Assembly (NCBI GenBank): GCA_965226885.1
Contig: CBDDEL010000016.1
Location: 800,001 to 864,000, forward strand
Direction of reading: 5' to 3'
DNA: 64,000 bases
From: Opitutales bacterium
Lineage (GTDB): Bacteria; Verrucomicrobiota; Verrucomicrobiia; Opitutales; UBA2987
Position 1 is the first letter of the stretch; each line of letters begins with the position of its first letter. Position numbers and translations under genes: made by a program. The notes under the pieces are model-generated. The model was not told the origin of the DNA and did no database searches. It saw only the letters and a program-made list of their open reading frames with translations. Of the stretch, positions 62,939 through 64,000 are shown one piece after another.

Positions 62939-64000
62939 TGAAGTGGACGGGGTTGTTTGGACAATTTTGACGTGGGATTAAGGTGGAAATCGTGTTCATA
63001 TTATTTTTTAAAAATATATTTTGTCCTTAGCCAAAGACGGGCACGCAGGTGCCCGCAAGCTGTATTGGCGGGGAGGGTGGTTTTGCTCCGATTGCATGGA
63101 CTTCGGCCGGGGTCCGGTAGCCCAGGGCTTGGTGGGGGCGCAGGTGGTTGTAGAAGTCCAGGTAGCGGGCTATCCCTTCGCTGGCTTCCTTTGCCGTGGC
63201 GTATTCGCGCAGGTAAATGTCTTCATACTTGAGGGTTCTCCAAAAGCGTTCAACAAATATGTTGTCCAGGTAGCGGCCACGCCCGTCCATGCTGATGCGC
63301 ACCCCGGCTTGCCCCAGCACCGAGGTGAACTCGCTGCCGGTAAACTGGCTGCCTTGATCGGTGTTGAAGATTTGAGGTTGGGCCCGCCTCAGAGCTTCCT
63401 CCAGGGCGAGCACACAGAAGCGGCTCTCCAGGGTGTTGGAAAGCTGCCAGCTCAACACGTAGCGGCTGAACCAGTCCAACACCACGGTCAAGAAAAGGAA
63501 TCCTCGGCTCAGCCGCAGGTAAGTGATGTCGCTGCACCATACCTGGTCGGGCCGCTCGACCGCCAAACCCCGCAGCAGATAAGGGAAAATGCGGTGCTGC
63601 CGGTGCCCCTGGCTCAAGTTTCGACGCGGATAAATAGCCTCCAGGCCCATTTGGCGCATGAGCCGCTGGATGCGGCCTCGTCCCACTGCATGGCCCTCTC
63701 GACGCAGCCACTGGGTCATCCGGCGAGAACCAAAAAACGGATATTGGGTGTAGAGCTCATCCATGCGATGCATGTAGAGAACGTTCTGCTCGCACTGGGC
63801 ACGGGCCCGATAGTAATAGCTGCCGCGGGCCAGCCCCAGCAACTGACATTGCCTGCCGATACTGATTTTTCCTTGAAGTGGTTGCACCATCTTGCGCCTC
63901 TCACCAACCGAATTGTTCAGACTTTTTTTTTAGCCAATCGCATTCTACTTTCAGCTTTCCAATCTCCTGGTAAAGGTGATCTTTTTCCGTCTCGTTGTCC
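62939..64000 (-). mobile_element. Second IS3-family element (type B), running off the window end
   Basis: IRR TGAAGTGGACGGGGTTGTTTGGACA at 62939; OrfA tail LYQEIGKLKVECDWLKKKS with A9G slippery site (T run 63923-63931). Confidence 0.88.
63027..63890 (-). CDS. IS3-family transposase OrfB (type B)
   Basis: FFGSRRM, WCSDITY, FNTDQGSQFT, DNIFVERFWRTLKYE. Confidence 0.93.
   Translation of the reverse strand: MVQPLQGKISIGRQCQLLGLARGSYYYRARAQCEQNVLYMHRMDELYTQYPFFGSRRMTQWLRREGHAVGRGRIQRLMRQMGLEAIYPRRNLSQGHRQHRIFPYLLRGLAVERPDQVWCSDITYLRLSRGFLFLTVVLDWFSRYVLSWQLSNTLESRFCVLALEEALRRAQPQIFNTDQGSQFTGSEFTSVLGQAGVRISMDGRGRYLDNIFVERFWRTLKYEDIYLREYATAKEASEGIARYLDFYNHLRPHQALGYRTPAEVHAIGAKPPSPPIQLAGTCVPVFG

Noticed and set aside
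62939..62964. TTG start (MSKQPRPLH) for the 290-aa subtilase ORF
   Set aside because: These codons are the IS3-B inverted repeat; the native signal and pro-domain lie beyond the insertion.

Overview
Bacterial chromosomal window. Verrucomicrobiota/Opitutae is my inference, from the Trp-rich C-terminal domain of the subtilase. The genome looks to be in the middle of an insertion-sequence burst: about 29.6 kb of 64 kb (~46%) is IS DNA from seven distinct elements. These are two IS3-family types, IS1380, IS21, IS630, IS1 and a 1817-bp ISNCY/IS5-like DDE element with a TANNTA target. Apparently intact genes include mutS, a Zn metalloprotease, an acyl-ACP thioesterase, maf, an HpcH aldolase, an RND pump and aroC. 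Many accessory genes are freshly broken: DUF1338, two hybrid histidine kinases, DAHP synthase, a globin, an S9 peptidase, an S8 subtilase and an aldo/keto reductase. The most striking signal is at least 12 tandem duplications of 6-34 bp, mostly with 0-2 bp junction microhomology. They frameshift genes and are private to otherwise near-identical IS copies, which suggests an unusual duplication-generating mutational process (or a systematic assembly artefact). Other notable structures are IS1380 head-to-tail dimers that appear to move as a unit, a 3x173-bp amplification of the IS1380 3' tail that can fold into a pseudoknot, and a 10-kb nested IS pile in a single TAGGTA site. No rRNA, tRNA or CRISPR array was seen.
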